Positions 1 through 9,679 of a stretch of 64,000 bases of DNA are shown here, piece by piece (the first letter of the stretch is position 1; each line of letters starts with the position of its first letter). Source of the stretch: Promethearchaeota archaeon (GTDB lineage Archaea > Asgardarchaeota > Lokiarchaeia > Sigyniarchaeales > SOKP01); the NCBI GenBank assembly GCA_048938855.1, contig JBHLLT010000006.1, forward strand, positions 41,986 to 105,985, read 5' to 3'. Below the pieces are notes generated by a model. It saw only the letters and a list, made by a program, of their open reading frames with translations, was not told the origin of the DNA and searched no databases. Made by a program: the position numbers and the translations under genes.

Positions 1-352
1 CTATAACATTTTTTGTTTGATTAGGAAGGTTTAATTTAATATTCTCTTTAGAACACCAAATGGCACGTTTATTAATATCTATTAAATAAATGGAACTCTG
101 ATTTGATTCATATCCTAATACAATTCCTATTACACCATAACCACATCCTAAATCAAGTAAATAAGATGGCTCTTTTGGAATAATCATATGGTTAATCAAT
201 ACTTTGGTTCCAAGATCGATTTTGCTAAATGAAAACACCCCGGGGATAGTCTTGAAAATAAAAAGGTGTCTTCTTAAACTTTCAGAAATAGTATGAATTT
301 TTACATCTACATCAGGAAATTTACTATAATAATGACTTTTCTTATCTTCCAT
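1..352 (-). CDS. Class I SAM-dependent methyltransferase, RsmC/MTS-like (partial; continues beyond window start)
   Basis: Hand translation from ATG at 352: MEDKKSHYYSKFP...PGVFSFSKIDLGTKVLI...LLDLGCGYGVIGI...DINKRAI. Contains SAM-binding motif I and the RsmC-type 'PGVFS..D.GT' segment. Confidence 0.85.
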   Translation of the reverse strand, partial: MEDKKSHYYSKFPDVDVKIHTISESLRRHLFIFKTIPGVFSFSKIDLGTKVLINHMIIPKEPSYLLDLGCGYGVIGIVLGYESNQSSIYLIDINKRAIWCSKENIKLNLPNQTKNVI

Positions 353-380
353 AATACAAAATCAGATTAATTTAAGCTTT

Positions 381-1385
381 TCATTTTTTCTCTTTCCAGT
401 GTGGATATATTCCCCTCTTCATGAAAATTTTATTAGTTTTTGCAAGAATTCCTGATTTAGCTTTAAACATTTCCATAGCATCTTTTAACGCTGTTCCAAA
501 TCCTATTAGTTCTTTTTTTAAAGTCATAAAGGCAACAAGCATGTTTTTTTTAATCCTAGCATCAATATAACATATACCCGCAGAAGCTAAATCCGCTCCA
601 TGACATAATGCATCTACTGCTGTGTCTCTAACATAAATTTTCGGCAAATGAGAGACCATCCTTTCCATTGGGAATATAATTTTTCTCAAATAATATTCAT
701 TGCCTTCTATTTGATAGATTGTGTAAGCATCCTTTAAATTCTGAAGAGATATAAGATTGTCAGTTTCTTTAAAATTGCCAACTCTAGTTCTTCTAAGTTC
801 TAGCATATGAGCTCCCGAACAAAGAGCTTCCCCTAAATCAAAACAAAATTTCCTCACATAAGTCCCTGCTTCACAGCCAATTCTAAATAAAATGTGATTA
901 TTATCAACTTCAATGACTTTGCTATAATATATCTCTCTTATTCTTAATCTTCTAACAACAGATGATTTTAATGGAGGTCTTTGATAAATTTTTCCGGTGA
1001 ATAATTTAAATATCTTTTCTATCCGTTGTTTTTTCTCAGGGTTGTGTAAATACATTACACCAAAATATTCCTTACCCGCATTTAAGAGTGCTGATAAAGC
1101 ACGAGTTGCATTTCCTAAAGCACACGGTAATATGCCAGTAACTTTAGGATCAAGCGTTCCACCATGCCCCGCATTTGAAATATTTAAAATTTTACGAACC
1201 CATGAAACAACTTCATGACTCGTTGGACCGCTTGGCTTGTCTAGATTTATTACTCCATAGTCCAATAGCGATTGAATACTTCTCTTTTCAGGTTCGCATC
1301 CATAATTAGGGTGAGTATTGTCTTGAGATTTTATTAATAATTGCTCAGGTTCATCAGAGGGTAATTTAAATTCTAAATTTTCCAT
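381..1385 (-). CDS. cbf5: H/ACA RNA-guided pseudouridine synthase Cbf5
   Basis: DKPSGPTSHEV, GHGGTLDPKVTG (catalytic Asp), C-terminal PUA domain. Confidence 0.97.
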   Translation of the reverse strand: MENLEFKLPSDEPEQLLIKSQDNTHPNYGCEPEKRSIQSLLDYGVINLDKPSGPTSHEVVSWVRKILNISNAGHGGTLDPKVTGILPCALGNATRALSALLNAGKEYFGVMYLHNPEKKQRIEKIFKLFTGKIYQRPPLKSSVVRRLRIREIYYSKVIEVDNNHILFRIGCEAGTYVRKFCFDLGEALCSGAHMLELRRTRVGNFKETDNLISLQNLKDAYTIYQIEGNEYYLRKIIFPMERMVSHLPKIYVRDTAVDALCHGADLASAGICYIDARIKKNMLVAFMTLKKELIGFGTALKDAMEMFKAKSGILAKTNKIFMKRGIYPHWKEKK

Positions 1386-1500
1386 TTGAATTTGTTATGA
1401 AGGAGATTAATTAATAATTATAAATTTAAAGATCTCATAAATCTTTCTTAAACTTGAAGATTTATTTAATAATCGTAAAAATGGTATAAAAAGGAAATAA

Positions 1501-1607
1501 TGGCGGGCTATAGGGGAATTGAACCCCCGACCTTTCTTTTTAAGGGAGAGCTTCCCATAAATGTCAGGTTAAAAGCCTGCTGCGCTACCTGCCTGCGCCA
1601 ATAGCCC
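1501..1607 (-). tRNA. tRNA-Lys(UUU) with a ~30-nt non-canonical intron (about 1534-1563, near position 43/44); CCA encoded
   Basis: GGGCTAT/ATAGCCC acceptor stem, GCGC D-stem, CAGG-CTTTTAA-CCTG anticodon arm, GGGGG-TTCAATT-CCCCT T arm. Removing 30 nt gives a 77-nt tRNA. Confidence 0.9.
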
Positions 1608-1724
1608 ATTAAGATTTTTATTTATGTTAAAGCTTGAATTGTAGTAGTATAAATCCATAATAATATAAAAATTTTATTGTAATCAGTTTCTTTCCTTTAT
1701 TAATCTCTTTAAAACTATCATGGA

Positions 1725-2750
1725 TTAATCCCTTTTAGTGAAATGCTCAAACCCATAACTAATTATTTCTTTTTTTTCTCCCTCTTTAGAAATAGAAATA
1801 TGTTCCTCGGAAACTATTTTTCCTATTTTAAAAATATGTCCCCCAATAGATTGAACTGCTTTTTGGGCTTCTTTAAGATCTTTAGGATTAATTGTGAAGA
1901 TATGAATAAATTCTTCCCCTCCATTAAAAACTAATTCTTCCAAAGAAACATCAAATTCATTTGAATATTCAATGGATTCAGCATCAATTAAATTACCATT
2001 AAAATCTATTTCAAATCCTATATTTGGATTTGATATCATTAGATCCTCCAAGGACTTATATAGTCCATCAGAAGAATCTATGCTAGCAGTTGCTAAACTC
2101 TTTTCTGCCAGTATAAATGCTTCATTTTCAGAAATAACCGGTTCTAAAACACTCATTATAGATCTTTTGTACTTAGAAAACTCATTTAAATCTCCATTCT
2201 TCTTCAAAAGAATATCAAACCCTACACCTGTTAAACCAAACTTATTATTTGCTACTAATATATCACCTACATTTATACCTTGTCTATAGATTATTTTTGA
2301 GGGGTTCTTGAATCCAAAAACCGTAGGATTGATTATTATTTCCTTTGATTCATTAATATCTCCTCCTATATAGTTCAGATCATATGTTAAACTACAATCT
2401 ATAATCCCATTCAATAAATTGATAAATTCGAGTAGTTCAAATATTTTTGGTAGACCTAATGATATGATTAAACCTCTTGGTTTTACACCCTTAACTATTA
2501 AATCACTCACATTCATAATTATTGACTTTCTACCTATTTGATAAGAACTCATTTTAACTGGCACATCAGTGGTTGATACGAGCATATCAGAGTTAAAAAC
2601 TAGATTCCCATCCAAATCCATATCCTTTAAATCAAAATAAAAAGAATCATCTTTCATAAGATGTTTACCAGTTTTTTTCAAAATCAAATCTTCTATTATT
2701 TCTATTAACTTTTTTTCTCCAAGATTTTCTAACTTAGGATTATTTTTCAT
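1725..2750 (-). CDS. thiL: Thiamine-monophosphate kinase
   Basis: LGEKKLI, NVSDL...G, IGGD, IDSSDGL and GGEEF motifs of ThiL. Confidence 0.92.
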   Translation of the reverse strand: MKNNPKLENLGEKKLIEIIEDLILKKTGKHLMKDDSFYFDLKDMDLDGNLVFNSDMLVSTTDVPVKMSSYQIGRKSIIMNVSDLIVKGVKPRGLIISLGLPKIFELLEFINLLNGIIDCSLTYDLNYIGGDINESKEIIINPTVFGFKNPSKIIYRQGINVGDILVANNKFGLTGVGFDILLKKNGDLNEFSKYKRSIMSVLEPVISENEAFILAEKSLATASIDSSDGLYKSLEDLMISNPNIGFEIDFNGNLIDAESIEYSNEFDVSLEELVFNGGEEFIHIFTINPKDLKEAQKAVQSIGGHIFKIGKIVSEEHISISKEGEKKEIISYGFEHFTKRD

Positions 2751-2959
2751 GAGGCAAGAATTAACTTTTTTATGTGATTATGTTTTTTGAATAAAATTGA
2801 ATAACTTCAAATTTATAGAAGCTAATTCTATTGAAAATATATGACCATATTATTTAAATAGTAACTTCACAAAGCTTTTACAAGGAAATATATAACAAGC
2901 TAAAATTTTTTTTTAATATAGTATTATATCATTATGATTTTAAACTATATTAATAGTTT

Positions 2960-3061
2960 GCCTCTGTAGCTTAGTGGTTATAGCAACATTTTTAGTCATT
3001 TTGAAAAAAATGCTAGAGATTCGTAATCTGTAGATCGGGGGTTCAATTCCCCCCAGAGGCT
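2960..3061 (+). tRNA. tRNA-Thr(CGU) with a 29-nt intron at position 28/29 (2988-3016)
   Basis: GCCTCTG/CAGAGGC acceptor stem; spliced anticodon arm ACAGA-TTCGTAA-TCTGT; clean BHB with an AGCA/TGCT central helix and ACA and AGA bulges. Confidence 0.93.
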
Positions 3062-3065
3062 CTAT

Positions 3066-4079
3066 TTATACTTCTTCTGTAAAAACAAAACGTTTAATCA
3101 TTTGAAGGGCTAGCATTTTAAAAGCATCGTTTATATTTTCACCTGTTTTTGCTGAAGTTTCAATATATGAAAGGCTAATTTTTTTAGAAAGTTCTTCTCC
3201 TTGTTCTGTGGACACGACGCGATTATCTTCAAGGTCTATCTTATTTCCAACTAGTATCATTGATATAGTTGGTGAAATGGTTTTGATCTCTTTAAACCAA
3301 CTTTCTAGAATGTCTAAAGTCTCTTTGCGAGTAACATCATATACTAAAATACCTGCTTCAGCATTAGCAAGGTATGTCTGTCTCACTCTTTTAAATTGTG
3401 CTTGTCCTGCTAAATCCCAGATAACGAAACGAACTTTAGATTCTAGTCCTTTAAATTCACATTCTTTTTTCATTATTGATGTACCTATTGTAGATTTATA
3501 ATCTGTTTGAAAAGAGTCTTCCACAAATCGGTGAACCATACTAGTCTTTCCAACTCCACCTTCACCACCCAGGATTAATTTAAAAGCATATTCTCCAGAT
3601 TCTATTTTAATCTTTTGAAGAGTATCTACTTTTCTCTGGATATTGTGAGACTCTCTATCAATAGATAACTTAGGAATTACTGGGCTTACTGATCTTCCAT
3701 CTAAAATTCTAGCAATTTTCTCAGCAGCTAAATAAGCATATGGAAAAACAGGATCTACCATAGCAACTGCTTTCAATACAGTGACAAAAACTGCTTCAGG
3801 ACCAGCTTCACAAAATATGAATCGTTGCTCTTCTGTATCAAAAGTTCCCGTTCCAAAAGAACCAGAACTAAACTCTTCTGTGATTCTAGTCAAGACAGGT
3901 TCGACTAATGCACTAACTCCTCCAATAACATCTTCTTCTACCTCTGCATCTGAAGAACCTTTTAATGCGGTCATTACTAACCCTTCTCTATTTACAATAA
4001 GAGTCGCGATTAAGTTCTCTCCTACTTCTTGCTTATACCATTTAAGTAAGGCTTCAAGTTTTTTTCGATCGACTGACAT
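3066..4079 (-). CDS. Roadblock/LC7-domain plus Rab/Ras-like small GTPase fusion
   Basis: N-terminal roadblock pattern (LIVNREGLVM). G1 GEGGVGKT, G2 STIG, G3 WDLAGQ, G4 NKID, G5 ETSAK. Confidence 0.9.
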   Translation of the reverse strand: MSVDRKKLEALLKWYKQEVGENLIATLIVNREGLVMTALKGSSDAEVEEDVIGGVSALVEPVLTRITEEFSSGSFGTGTFDTEEQRFIFCEAGPEAVFVTVLKAVAMVDPVFPYAYLAAEKIARILDGRSVSPVIPKLSIDRESHNIQRKVDTLQKIKIESGEYAFKLILGGEGGVGKTSMVHRFVEDSFQTDYKSTIGTSIMKKECEFKGLESKVRFVIWDLAGQAQFKRVRQTYLANAEAGILVYDVTRKETLDILESWFKEIKTISPTISMILVGNKIDLEDNRVVSTEQGEELSKKISLSYIETSAKTGENINDAFKMLALQMIKRFVFTEEV

Positions 4080-4309
4080 CAGCTCACATCCTTTTTACGC
4101 GGTTTACAAATGCACTATAAATAACTGAAGTATATTATTGTATATAAGAGGTTTGTTATAAAAATTTATAGAAAAAGAAAACGTTAGGTAGAATTTGAAT
4201 TTATAGTTCTAAGTTAATGAAAAACTTCAAGGAATAAAATTTTAAAAATTAAATTCATTATCTTATTTCATCAATTCTAAAATGTTAGAACATAAATCAT
4301 TTTAAAACC

Positions 4310-4482
4310 GCAGGAGTTGCCAAAATAATACGTAGTCCTACTTTTATGGCTAAGCTTGGTCTACGGCGCTAGAATTTTACGTAATAGTACGTATATGGCG
4401 TAACTGAGGCTCTAGTGACATAGGTCTTCGAAGGATCTACTTCTTCGTCCTAAATTCGTGGGTTCGAATCCCACCTCCTGCA
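4310..4482 (+). tRNA. tRNA-Leu(GAG) with three introns (about 4324-4353, 4373-4402 and about 4431-4458)
   Basis: GCAGGAG/CTCCTGC acceptor stem; spliced CTAGA-CTGAGGC-TCTAG anticodon arm; GAC-ATAG-GTC variable arm; GTGGG-TTCGAAT-CCCAC T arm. 173 nt minus 88 nt of introns leaves 85 nt. Intron 2 has a clear BHB (CGCT/GGCG helix, AGA and TAA bulges). Confidence 0.88.
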
Positions 4483-4716
4483 CATTGTATTTTAACCCCA
4501 ATGTTTTTAAAAATAACTATTAATAATAATTTAAAATCCCTCTAATCTCACCATAATTGTTATCGTACAGCCTTATGCATATATCGTATAAAAGTTTTTC
4601 AATATAGGTTACTTAACCTAATATTTTGATTAGTTCAATTTCTATAATATGAGAATTTATATTTGTATCAATTCTCTTTAATAGTGAATTAGAATAATAT
4701 TTAATACAATTCAAGA

Positions 4717-5949
4717 GTGATTTTTATTTCAGACATACGATTATATGATGACCCAAAAACTATGGAACATATACAAGCTCTAGCATTTAATAGGACAGCT
4801 TCATCTACAGGAGAGACTGAAGCTTTAAATTATATAGAAAGTGAATTAATAAGAAATAACATCAATCCAGAAGTTGAACATTTTAATTGGAGAGGGCCTT
4901 TATCGATTCTTATGAGGACGAGTTATCTTCTTATTTTGATAAATTTAATCCTATTTCGTATGATTTTGATTGTCGTTACCTATTTTATTATAAAGTATGC
5001 TTTCTCAAGGTTGCGTGAGCTCAGTTTCATTAGTAGGGAGGAATCTAAAAGCATTTTTACGTTAATTAAATCCAAAAATAAGATTCCAAAGCGACCAATA
5101 GTAATTATAACTGCTCATTATGATTCCATCTCAGCAAATCTTCCATATAGATTGCAAGTTGTTATTTTTTTCATTTATAGATTGATCGTAGTTTTCTATG
5201 GCATAGTATTTTTTACCTTTGCCGGGATATTCTTTCTTGATCTTTTAAGAGTCATTCCAGTAGCTAGTTTTTTGACGGTATTTATTTCTTTTTCTTCAGT
5301 GGGTGGAGTTTTGATTTCAATTCCCATCTTATATTTAGTTTTTAAAGAACGACCTTCATCAGGAGCAATTGATAATGCAAGTGGAGTAGCAATATCAATT
5401 GAATTAGCCAAGATTTTCAATAAAAATCCTCTCGAAAATACCGATGTCCTGATTTTATGGCCTGGTGCTGAAGAATGGGGTTTAAAAGGTTCAAAAGCAT
5501 TTTGTAAAAATCATTTTAAAAGTCTGAAAAAGATATATGATCTTGATAATTCATATAATATTAATATTGATATGGTAGGTTCTTACATCGGACTTTTAAA
5601 TAAGACTGGATTAATTTTTAGACGTAAAATGAACAAGAATTTAAATGGTATATTTGATGCAACAGCAAAACAATTAAATATCCCTTTAAAAGTCTTCAAC
5701 AAAGTTATTAGCCCAAAAAGTGATTATAAATCATTTAAAAAATACGCTAAAAGAAATAGGACTAAATTTCAAGTAAGTTTTTTTCATTCAAGTAAGGATT
5801 CTAAATACATTCATTCTTTGAAAGATACTCCAGATAAATGCTCTTTAGAAAGCTTGAATGGATGTATAAATATATGTCATCAGGTATTAAGAAGTATTGA
5901 TATGAGGGTAGAGGGAGTCAAAAAAAGTCAACTAACTTATGCTGTTTAA
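4717..5949 (+). CDS. Membrane-anchored M28 family zinc peptidase
   Basis: TAHYDS, GAIDNASG, GAEEWGLKGS, NIDMVG, SDY and IHSLKDTPD motifs; several transmembrane segments. Confidence 0.88.
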   Translation: MIFISDIRLYDDPKTMEHIQALAFNRTASSTGETEALNYIESELIRNNINPEVEHFNWRGPLSILMRTSYLLILINLILFRMILIVVTYFIIKYAFSRLRELSFISREESKSIFTLIKSKNKIPKRPIVIITAHYDSISANLPYRLQVVIFFIYRLIVVFYGIVFFTFAGIFFLDLLRVIPVASFLTVFISFSSVGGVLISIPILYLVFKERPSSGAIDNASGVAISIELAKIFNKNPLENTDVLILWPGAEEWGLKGSKAFCKNHFKSLKKIYDLDNSYNINIDMVGSYIGLLNKTGLIFRRKMNKNLNGIFDATAKQLNIPLKVFNKVISPKSDYKSFKKYAKRNRTKFQVSFFHSSKDSKYIHSLKDTPDKCSLESLNGCINICHQVLRSIDMRVEGVKKSQLTYAV

Positions 5950-8900
5950 TCTTTGGATTGTTCGTTAGGCTCTCCACATATTCCTCAATCAATTCCATTC
6001 TTTGTTTTGTATAATCATCTAAGTTAAAATCTGTGCACAATTTTAATGCGCGAGGTATATATTTCTCAATACCTCCACGATTTACTGTTAAAATAATTCG
6101 ATTGCCGCATTTAGGACATTTTCCACTATTAGTTAATGGTGGACGCCTGAATTTTTCATTACATTTAACACATCGAAAACTTTGGACTGTAAATTTTCTT
6201 AAATTACCCAGTATATCAGGATTGAAATGGGTTGTTAAAATCTTCTCTGCTACTTTTTTTGCTTCGACAGCTTTAATAATTTTTGCTAGGTGAAGTTGAG
6301 CCTCAATTTTATCATCCATAGACTCATACAATTTATAGGCTGTTGTTGTTGGACCTTCATTAATATTTGTAGTAGGGATATTGAAACCAAGATTCTCATA
6401 TTGTTCAGGTGTTCCTAATCGACTTTTAACTAAACACATCAAAGATTCTATTTCTGATGGAGAACTGTATCGTTCTGTTGCCTCATAGAACTCAAGTGGA
6501 TATCGGTTTAATGTGTCTAAATTATGAGATTCAACATCTATCTCATTAGGATCTATTTTTGTACCGATTACTAATGTAGCGTCCATTCTACCACCAATTT
6601 TACTGGGAAGGTAATGCCTTGAAAAATTTAATAATGGATCCAAAAGTAGCATAACTCCATCTTCATCTCCATCACAGTTGCGTCTTTTTGCTGCATGCCA
6701 AAAAGGATGAGCATATATCGCTCTTGCTGGTGTAAACCCGATTATTCGGCCTATTATCCCCGCACTAGTGTGAGGAGCTAATCCTACTGCTAAATGTCCT
6801 AATAGATCATCTCTAGTTGATATATTATAAAACCGTCTCTGTTTATAAAACAATTCTAATTCATCATCTAAGAAGTTGGCAACTTTTATAAAATATTTAG
6901 CACAATCATTAGAAAGAATAATATCTTGAACCTTCAACTCCAAAATCTGATTCCCATCAATTAGCGGCTTTTTATCAATATCCTTATCATACCCCAACTC
7001 TCGTAATTTTTCAATAGGAGTACCAATTTCATTTGGTTTAAAGTGAGATAATGGTATATCCGTGGCATCATATCTTATCTCGGCTGTTTTATAAACAAGA
7101 ACATCATTTTTTGCTCTCAATAATCCTTTCTCAATAGGTTCTGGAACTTTATATTCATTAGTTAACCCTATAATACCTTTAAATTTCTGAGGGAATATTA
7201 TATCTAGTGATCTTAAAGCAGAATTTACATATTTTCTTATGTTGAATTTTGCTTCACTTGAGCTTTTCAAAGACTCTTGACATTTTGGACATATTTCTTC
7301 AAAAGTAGGATAAAGACTCTTACATCGAGTACATATTTTCTGTAATTCTGTATGACCACCACAGTTATGACAAATATTAAAAATACTTGAAGTACCGCAA
7401 TTTACACACTTTTTCCTACATACATCAATTTGAACCTTACCAGTTTCAACAACATTATTCTTATTAGCAAAATCGTACGAGGATTTCTTTTTAGGGATTG
7501 AATCATTTATACCATTTTTTCGTGTACTATATCCCATAGCTTTTTCAAATAGTCGTGAATTACCAACTACACTACTTAATGGAAATAAAGAATGAATTCC
7601 TTTCATGCTTTTTCTTTCTGACTTTTCTGGTCTACCCATTCGAGAACCCATAAAGTATGGAGCCTTATTTTTAATTTTAACTGAAGAGAGTTTAAAAAAG
7701 TAAGTGAAGACATCATCATCTTGATCAACTTCTATCAATTTCTTTTCTTCTAAAGCAAATATTTTTTTATATATAAAGCTCCTTTTTAAACTAAGAAATA
7801 TCTTGTTATCCTTTATTTTATGAGGAATAAACGCTTTTTCTAATATTTTTTTTATTGGTTTCTCATAATTAAAGATAATTCTTTGCGTTGATTCAGAAAA
7901 ATTCTTAATAAGTTCATTTCTTAGTAGTGTCAATTCTTCCAATGATAAATTGCCCCAAAAATCTAAATAAAACGGGTGTAAGGGAACCTCATATTTTCTT
8001 GAAATATCTATTGCCTCTACTTCGGTAGGTATATTTTCTAAAGGATTTTCAATAAAAGATGTTATTTTTTTATCTACTATTTCTGTATTATTAATAGCCT
8101 TTTCTAAATCTAATGCCCACCATTCTTCTACATAACCAGATGGCACTAATATATGGTTATTTTCAGTAAACTCACCATATCCAAACAATAGGTCCCCCAA
8201 AAATAATACTTTTTTAATATCTGAAAAAATTTGTTTAGCTTTTATTGAATTTGTAACTTTTATTACATCACCATTTCTTAATTTTACAATAGGAGGCTCA
8301 ATACTATCAACAGGGCATACACTTGTGCTTTTTCCAGGTCGTTCAATTCTTAATTGCGTTCCAATAGCTATAAATTCATCTAAAATAACCATTGAAGCAG
8401 GATGAATTCCTCCAGCAGCTAAACCAGTATTTCTAGATCTACCATATCTTATTCTATGACCTCCTATAACAGACGGATGGCTGAAAACTGGTCGTCCGGC
8501 AATTATATCTGCTACATATTTAGAATTTGGAGGTATTTTAATTTCCTTTTTCAACTCGTTTTGCTTTTCTTTTTCCATTTTTTCTTGGGTCTGAGCTATT
8601 TTTTTAAGTTCAACAAGCCAATTCCACCCATCTAAATTCATCACCTTGGCAATTTTTAATAATTTTGGGGCTTTTAGAAGAATCCCATCATTTAAAACCA
8701 AGCAAGCACCACCTCTTATATGGTTTGTTTCAATCCGAGGTAAATCTCTAAACGCAGAGACCTCTTCATCTTCTGTTGAATCTCCATTTATTTCTATTGG
8801 CAAATGACTCACAGCATACCTTATTTCTTTATTAGATGATGGATATTGCAGATGAACATTTCTATCGTACAATTTTACTTCTTCTACATACCTACCGATT

Positions 8901-9439
8901 TCTGCTTCAGTCGCTTCATATTTAGGAATGTTTGATTTTTTTCTAACGTAATCTGCAATTAATACACATAGGGCTGCTGTTGTTCCTCCAGCTGCTCTAA
9001 TTGGTCCCGCAAAATACAGAGATAAATACTTTCTACCAAAACTATCTGTTCGAATTAAAATCTTTGAAATACCTTCAAGGGGAGCACTCACGACACCCAT
9101 AGTTTTTATAGCTAATCCAATTCTTATTGATCTATCAACTCGGGCTTCTATAGAGTCAAAATTTCCAATTTTTTCTTCCAAAATGTCAGCAACCACCTTA
9201 AAAACAAGTTCATCTTCTGTTAACCCTTGTCTTTTTAATGTTCTAATTACATCTGCAACACCTTTTGGACCCACAAGTTTTTCAACTCTTCCAGCTAAAT
9301 CTTTTGCTTGAGGAGATTCAACTTCTAATTCAGGATCAAATCCTTTTTCACGTGCACGTTCTGCAATTGAATAACATCTATCAACTTGCATTTGAATTGA
9401 ATTAAAGTATGATTCCATTGCTTTACTTATATTTACCAT
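5918..9439 (-). CDS. polC: DNA polymerase D large subunit DP2
   Basis: AGPIRAAGGT, RYGRSRNTG, catalytic KRRNCDGDED and Cys4 zinc fingers; no intein seen. Confidence 0.98.
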   Translation of the reverse strand: MVNISKAMESYFNSIQMQVDRCYSIAERAREKGFDPELEVESPQAKDLAGRVEKLVGPKGVADVIRTLKRQGLTEDELVFKVVADILEEKIGNFDSIEARVDRSIRIGLAIKTMGVVSAPLEGISKILIRTDSFGRKYLSLYFAGPIRAAGGTTAALCVLIADYVRKKSNIPKYEATEAEIGRYVEEVKLYDRNVHLQYPSSNKEIRYAVSHLPIEINGDSTEDEEVSAFRDLPRIETNHIRGGACLVLNDGILLKAPKLLKIAKVMNLDGWNWLVELKKIAQTQEKMEKEKQNELKKEIKIPPNSKYVADIIAGRPVFSHPSVIGGHRIRYGRSRNTGLAAGGIHPASMVILDEFIAIGTQLRIERPGKSTSVCPVDSIEPPIVKLRNGDVIKVTNSIKAKQIFSDIKKVLFLGDLLFGYGEFTENNHILVPSGYVEEWWALDLEKAINNTEIVDKKITSFIENPLENIPTEVEAIDISRKYEVPLHPFYLDFWGNLSLEELTLLRNELIKNFSESTQRIIFNYEKPIKKILEKAFIPHKIKDNKIFLSLKRSFIYKKIFALEEKKLIEVDQDDDVFTYFFKLSSVKIKNKAPYFMGSRMGRPEKSERKSMKGIHSLFPLSSVVGNSRLFEKAMGYSTRKNGINDSIPKKKSSYDFANKNNVVETGKVQIDVCRKKCVNCGTSSIFNICHNCGGHTELQKICTRCKSLYPTFEEICPKCQESLKSSSEAKFNIRKYVNSALRSLDIIFPQKFKGIIGLTNEYKVPEPIEKGLLRAKNDVLVYKTAEIRYDATDIPLSHFKPNEIGTPIEKLRELGYDKDIDKKPLIDGNQILELKVQDIILSNDCAKYFIKVANFLDDELELFYKQRRFYNISTRDDLLGHLAVGLAPHTSAGIIGRIIGFTPARAIYAHPFWHAAKRRNCDGDEDGVMLLLDPLLNFSRHYLPSKIGGRMDATLVIGTKIDPNEIDVESHNLDTLNRYPLEFYEATERYSSPSEIESLMCLVKSRLGTPEQYENLGFNIPTTNINEGPTTTAYKLYESMDDKIEAQLHLAKIIKAVEAKKVAEKILTTHFNPDILGNLRKFTVQSFRCVKCNEKFRRPPLTNSGKCPKCGNRIILTVNRGGIEKYIPRALKLCTDFNLDDYTKQRMELIEEYVESLTNNPKIKQHKLVDFF

Positions 9440-9679
9440 AAAAGTACCAACCTTTAAGGTCGAGAAAAATGAATATATTAAAACTTAGATTTAATATACT
9501 AAATTTTCTGAATTAAATTAAATTCATTTATTAATCAGCTATTTCTTTAATAAATTTAGAGAGAATGCTAATTTTCTACAGTCTTAGATTATAAATAGAA
9601 ATTTGTTTTTCCTTTAATAAAAAGTAATTTAATTTCATTGTTCAATTAATATATTAACTCCATCTTAAGCAGCTTAAAA

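Noticed and set aside
381-1385. Intron in cbf5, the classic archaeal mRNA-intron host
   Set aside because: The ORF is continuous through KPSGPTSHEV and all other motifs; there is no insertion.
5918-9439. Intein in DP2 (also checked RtcB and Cdc6)
   Set aside because: Protein lengths are normal, and no intein terminal motifs or LAGLIDADG blocks were seen.
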